From: Deltaproteobacteria bacterium
GTDB lineage: Bacteria > Myxococcota_A > UBA9160 > SMWR01
NCBI GenBank assembly: GCA_019313245.1
Contig: JAFDBP010000040.1
Location: forward strand, 1 to 53,308
DNA length: 53,308 bases
Direction: 5' to 3'
The translations under genes and the position numbers were made by a program. The stretch's first letter is position 1. The number at the start of each line of letters is the position of its first letter. Under the pieces are notes generated by a model. The model saw only the letters and a program-made list of their open reading frames with translations. It had not been told where the DNA came from and did no database searches. Positions 50,612-53,308 of the stretch are shown one piece after another.

Positions 50612-52281
50612 CTTCCAATCGGGACCGCAATGGCGCTTCGAATCCCCGGGGCGCGAACAGCGCACGGAAACCGCGGCCAGAGCGTTGGCCGTTGGTCGGC
50701 GCACGGGAAATGCGCGAACTCGATCGCCACGCGATCGAGACGATCGGAATCCCCTCCGACACCCTGATGGAAAATGCGGGCCGCGCGGTTGCGGATCAGT
50801 TGCTTCGCGAGCTTCCAGAGGGCGCCTCGGTTTCGATCGTCTGTGGACGGGGCAACAACGGCGGCGATGGGCTGGTTGCGGCCCGGCACCTGCATCACCG
50901 GGACGTCGATGTGTGCGTCATCCTGCTGGGCGAAGCCGGCAATCTGAGTGGCGATGCAGCGGTCAACCTCGAACGGGCCTGCCAGGTCGGCGTACCCCTC
51001 GCAGACCAGGAATGGCACCCGCCCACGCGCGGGGTCGTGGTCGACGCGATCTTCGGCACCGGCCTGTCTCGCGACGTGGAAGGGGTCGAGGCCGACTGGA
51101 TTCGCCGCATCAATGCGTGCCGAGCCGACGCGCGTGGCGCTGTGCAGGTGGTTTCCGTGGATCTGCCCTCGGGCCTGTGTGGCGATACGGGGGCGGTGCT
51201 CGGCACCTGTATCGAGGCAGACGTCACGGTGGCGCTCGCCCTGCCCAAGCTCGGTCTCACGTTGGAGCCCGGACGCAGCGCGGCGGGGCGGATTCTGGTT
51301 GCGAATATCGGGATTGACGACCCGCCACCCAACCAATTGCCGCGCGCGGAACTCTGGACGCGAGCGTATGCGGGCTCGCTTTTGCCGGCGCGTCCCGCCG
51401 CCGGCCACAAGGGGAGTTTCGGTCACGCGCTGATCGTCGCGGGCTCCGAAGGCAAGACGGGCGCGGCGGCGCTTGCAGCCGAAGGAGCAGCGCGCGCAGG
51501 GGTTGGGTTGGTGACCATCGCCTGTCCGGCGGGCCTCAACGACATACTCGAAATCAAGTGTACGGAAGCCATGACGGCGCCGGTTGCGGACACCCCCGAG
51601 CGGGCATTCGCGTCGAGCGCCGCTGAGTCGATCCTCGCGCTGGCCGCGACGAGAGACGCATTGGGAATCGGACCGGGGATCGGGTGCAGCGAGGAGACCC
51701 AGGCGCTCGTTCTCGCGCTGACCAAACGCCTGGAGCTTCCGCTGGTGGTCGACGCCGATGGACTGGTTCCGTTTGCCCGCGAGCCCGATTGGCTGCGCGA
51801 GCGCGAGGCGCCGACCGTCTTGACCCCGCATCCGGGTGAGGCTGCTCGATTGCTCGGGATCGAGGCGGATGAGATCAATCGCGATCGCCCGGCGGCGGCG
51901 CGCGAACTCGCGATGCGATTCGGTTCGATCGTCGTGCTCAAGGGAGCCGCCAGCGTCATCGCGGCACCCGACGGCCGGATTGCGATCAATCCGACCGGAG
52001 GGCCCGCACTCGCAACCGGTGGCACGGGGGATGTGCTGCTCGGCATGGTGGCCGGGCTGCTCGCGCAGGGACTCGACGCCTTCGAGGCGGCGGCGCTGGC
52101 GGTGTTCGTTCACGGAGCTGCCGCCGATCGCCTGGCGCAGCGAGCCGGCGCGGTGGGGCATCTGGCGGGCGAAATCGCCCGCGAGATTCCGGCGGCGACA
52201 GCCCAGCTGCGCGCGGATTTGGCCACTGCGGTCCGCGGCGATTTTCCGGTCGGCCATGCGGTTTCATTCCCAGAGCCCTGA
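50608..52281 (+). CDS. nnr: Bifunctional NAD(P)H-hydrate epimerase/dehydratase (NnrE-NnrD)
   Basis: LMENAG, GNNGGDG, DAIFGTG, HKGSFG, LTPHPGE and GGTGDVL motifs. Confidence 0.95.
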   Translation: MTSNRDRNGASNPRGANSARKPRPERWPLVGAREMRELDRHAIETIGIPSDTLMENAGRAVADQLLRELPEGASVSIVCGRGNNGGDGLVAARHLHHRDVDVCVILLGEAGNLSGDAAVNLERACQVGVPLADQEWHPPTRGVVVDAIFGTGLSRDVEGVEADWIRRINACRADARGAVQVVSVDLPSGLCGDTGAVLGTCIEADVTVALALPKLGLTLEPGRSAAGRILVANIGIDDPPPNQLPRAELWTRAYAGSLLPARPAAGHKGSFGHALIVAGSEGKTGAAALAAEGAARAGVGLVTIACPAGLNDILEIKCTEAMTAPVADTPERAFASSAAESILALAATRDALGIGPGIGCSEETQALVLALTKRLELPLVVDADGLVPFAREPDWLREREAPTVLTPHPGEAARLLGIEADEINRDRPAAARELAMRFGSIVVLKGAASVIAAPDGRIAINPTGGPALATGGTGDVLLGMVAGLLAQGLDAFEAAALAVFVHGAAADRLAQRAGAVGHLAGEIAREIPAATAQLRADLATAVRGDFPVGHAVSFPEP

Positions 52282-52786
52282 CGCCACCCAGGCGGCTGCG
52301 GGGTTGCTGGCCGCCTCGCTGCCCGCCGACGGTCTGCTGGTGGTCTTGAGCGGTCCGTTGGGAGCCGGCAAGACCCTTTTTGCGAAGGGGATCGCCGAGG
52401 GCCTTGGGGTGGATCCCGAAGCGGTCACCAGTCCGACCTTCGCGATCAGCACCGAATACGATCTCGCGGACGGGCGCCGCCTGGCCCATCTGGACGGTTA
52501 TCGACTCGAAAGTGCAGCCGAACTCGAGAGCGCGGGCTTTCTCGATCTGCTGGTGACGGGTACGATCATCCTGATCGAGTGGGGCGAGCGCTTCCTCGAT
52601 GCGCTTCCTGCGGATCGGATCGAGATTCGGATTTCTCGCCCCGACGAAACGCCCACCCAACGGCGGCTGGACGCGGTAGCCTCTGGACCCACCTCGACTC
52701 GCGCATTGTCCGAGTGGGAGAGCAAGCTGGTGGGTGAAAACGGGCAGCAGCTGGGACTGGAGCTGCTGGATGAGAAGGACGGGTAA
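52256..52786 (+). CDS. tsaE: tRNA t6A biosynthesis ATPase TsaE
   Basis: [21 protein letters not shown] and LIEWG motifs. Confidence 0.94.
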   Translation: MRFHSQSPDATQAAAGLLAASLPADGLLVVLSGPLGAGKTLFAKGIAEGLGVDPEAVTSPTFAISTEYDLADGRRLAHLDGYRLESAAELESAGFLDLLVTGTIILIEWGERFLDALPADRIEIRISRPDETPTQRRLDAVASGPTSTRALSEWESKLVGENGQQLGLELLDEKDG

Positions 52787-52788
52787 CG

Positions 52789-53308
52789 GTGGGACTGATC
52801 GTTCAGAAATATGGAGGCACCAGCGTCGGCGACCTGGATCGGATCCAGAACGTCGCGCGCAGGGTGATCAAGACTGTGAAGGCGGGCCATCAGGTGGCTG
52901 TGGTGGTCTCCGCAATGGCGGGTGAAACCGACGAACTCGTCGCGCTCGCACACGGTGCGGGTGGCGACACGCCGTTGGCGCGCGAATACGATGCGTTGCT
53001 CTCGACCGGAGAACAAAAGACGATCGCGTTGCTGGCGATGACGATCTCGCGACTCGGGCAGCCGGCGCAGAGCTTCAACGGTCGCCAGGCGGGAATTCGA
53101 ACCGATGCGGCGCATTTGCGGGCCCGCATCGAAAACATCGATACGAGAGATTTGCGCGAGGCGCTCGACGCGGGTGTCGTCGCCGTGATCGCGGGTTTTC
53201 AGGGTTTCGACGACGGGGGAAACATCACCACGCTCGGTCGCGGCGGTTCGGACACCACGGCGGTCGCGGTGGCGGCGGCGCTCGACGCCGACGCGTGTGA
53301 GATCTACA
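52789..53308 (+). CDS. lysC: Aspartate kinase (partial, runs off the window; absent from the ORF track)
   Basis: GTG 52789 translates as [43 protein letters not shown]. Confidence 0.95.
   Translation, partial: MGLIVQKYGGTSVGDLDRIQNVARRVIKTVKAGHQVAVVVSAMAGETDELVALAHGAGGDTPLAREYDALLSTGEQKTIALLAMTISRLGQPAQSFNGRQAGIRTDAAHLRARIENIDTRDLREALDAGVVAVIAGFQGFDDGGNITTLGRGGSDTTAVAVAAALDADACEIY

Overview
A high-GC window from a diderm bacterium. The housekeeping gene order at the right end (tilS-ftsH-folP-cdaA-cdaR-glmM-pdxJ-acpS-nnr-tsaE-lysC) is typical of the former Deltaproteobacteria; Myxococcota/Desulfobacterota-like is an inference. The first ~38 kb look like one integrated extracellular electron transfer locus built around a cytochrome nanowire. 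It encodes a stand-alone tetraheme cytochrome with the motif layout of the Geobacter filament protein OmcE (22121-22744), a 12-heme cytochrome whose N-terminal module is a second OmcE-like copy, and a 1223-aa 11-heme cytochrome carried on FN3-like domains and a Thr/Pro stalk. It also encodes an outer-membrane beta-barrel, three NHL beta-propellers, a System II maturation pair (ResB/CcsA), a B12 radical SAM enzyme and a 14-repeat FG-GAP protein with a PEP-CTERM-like tail. Interleaved are six GT-C-type membrane glycosyltransferase-like genes (four TMTC-like) and two Thr-nucleophile sulfatase-like proteins. Three correctly spaced sigma-54 (-24/-12) promoter motifs precede three of the transcription units, and a strong terminator follows the omcE-like gene. 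In the housekeeping block, the adjacent pdxJ and acpS homologs have both lost canonical catalytic residues. No rRNA, tRNA, CRISPR array or mobile element was seen. All family calls come from motif recognition by eye, not from database searches.
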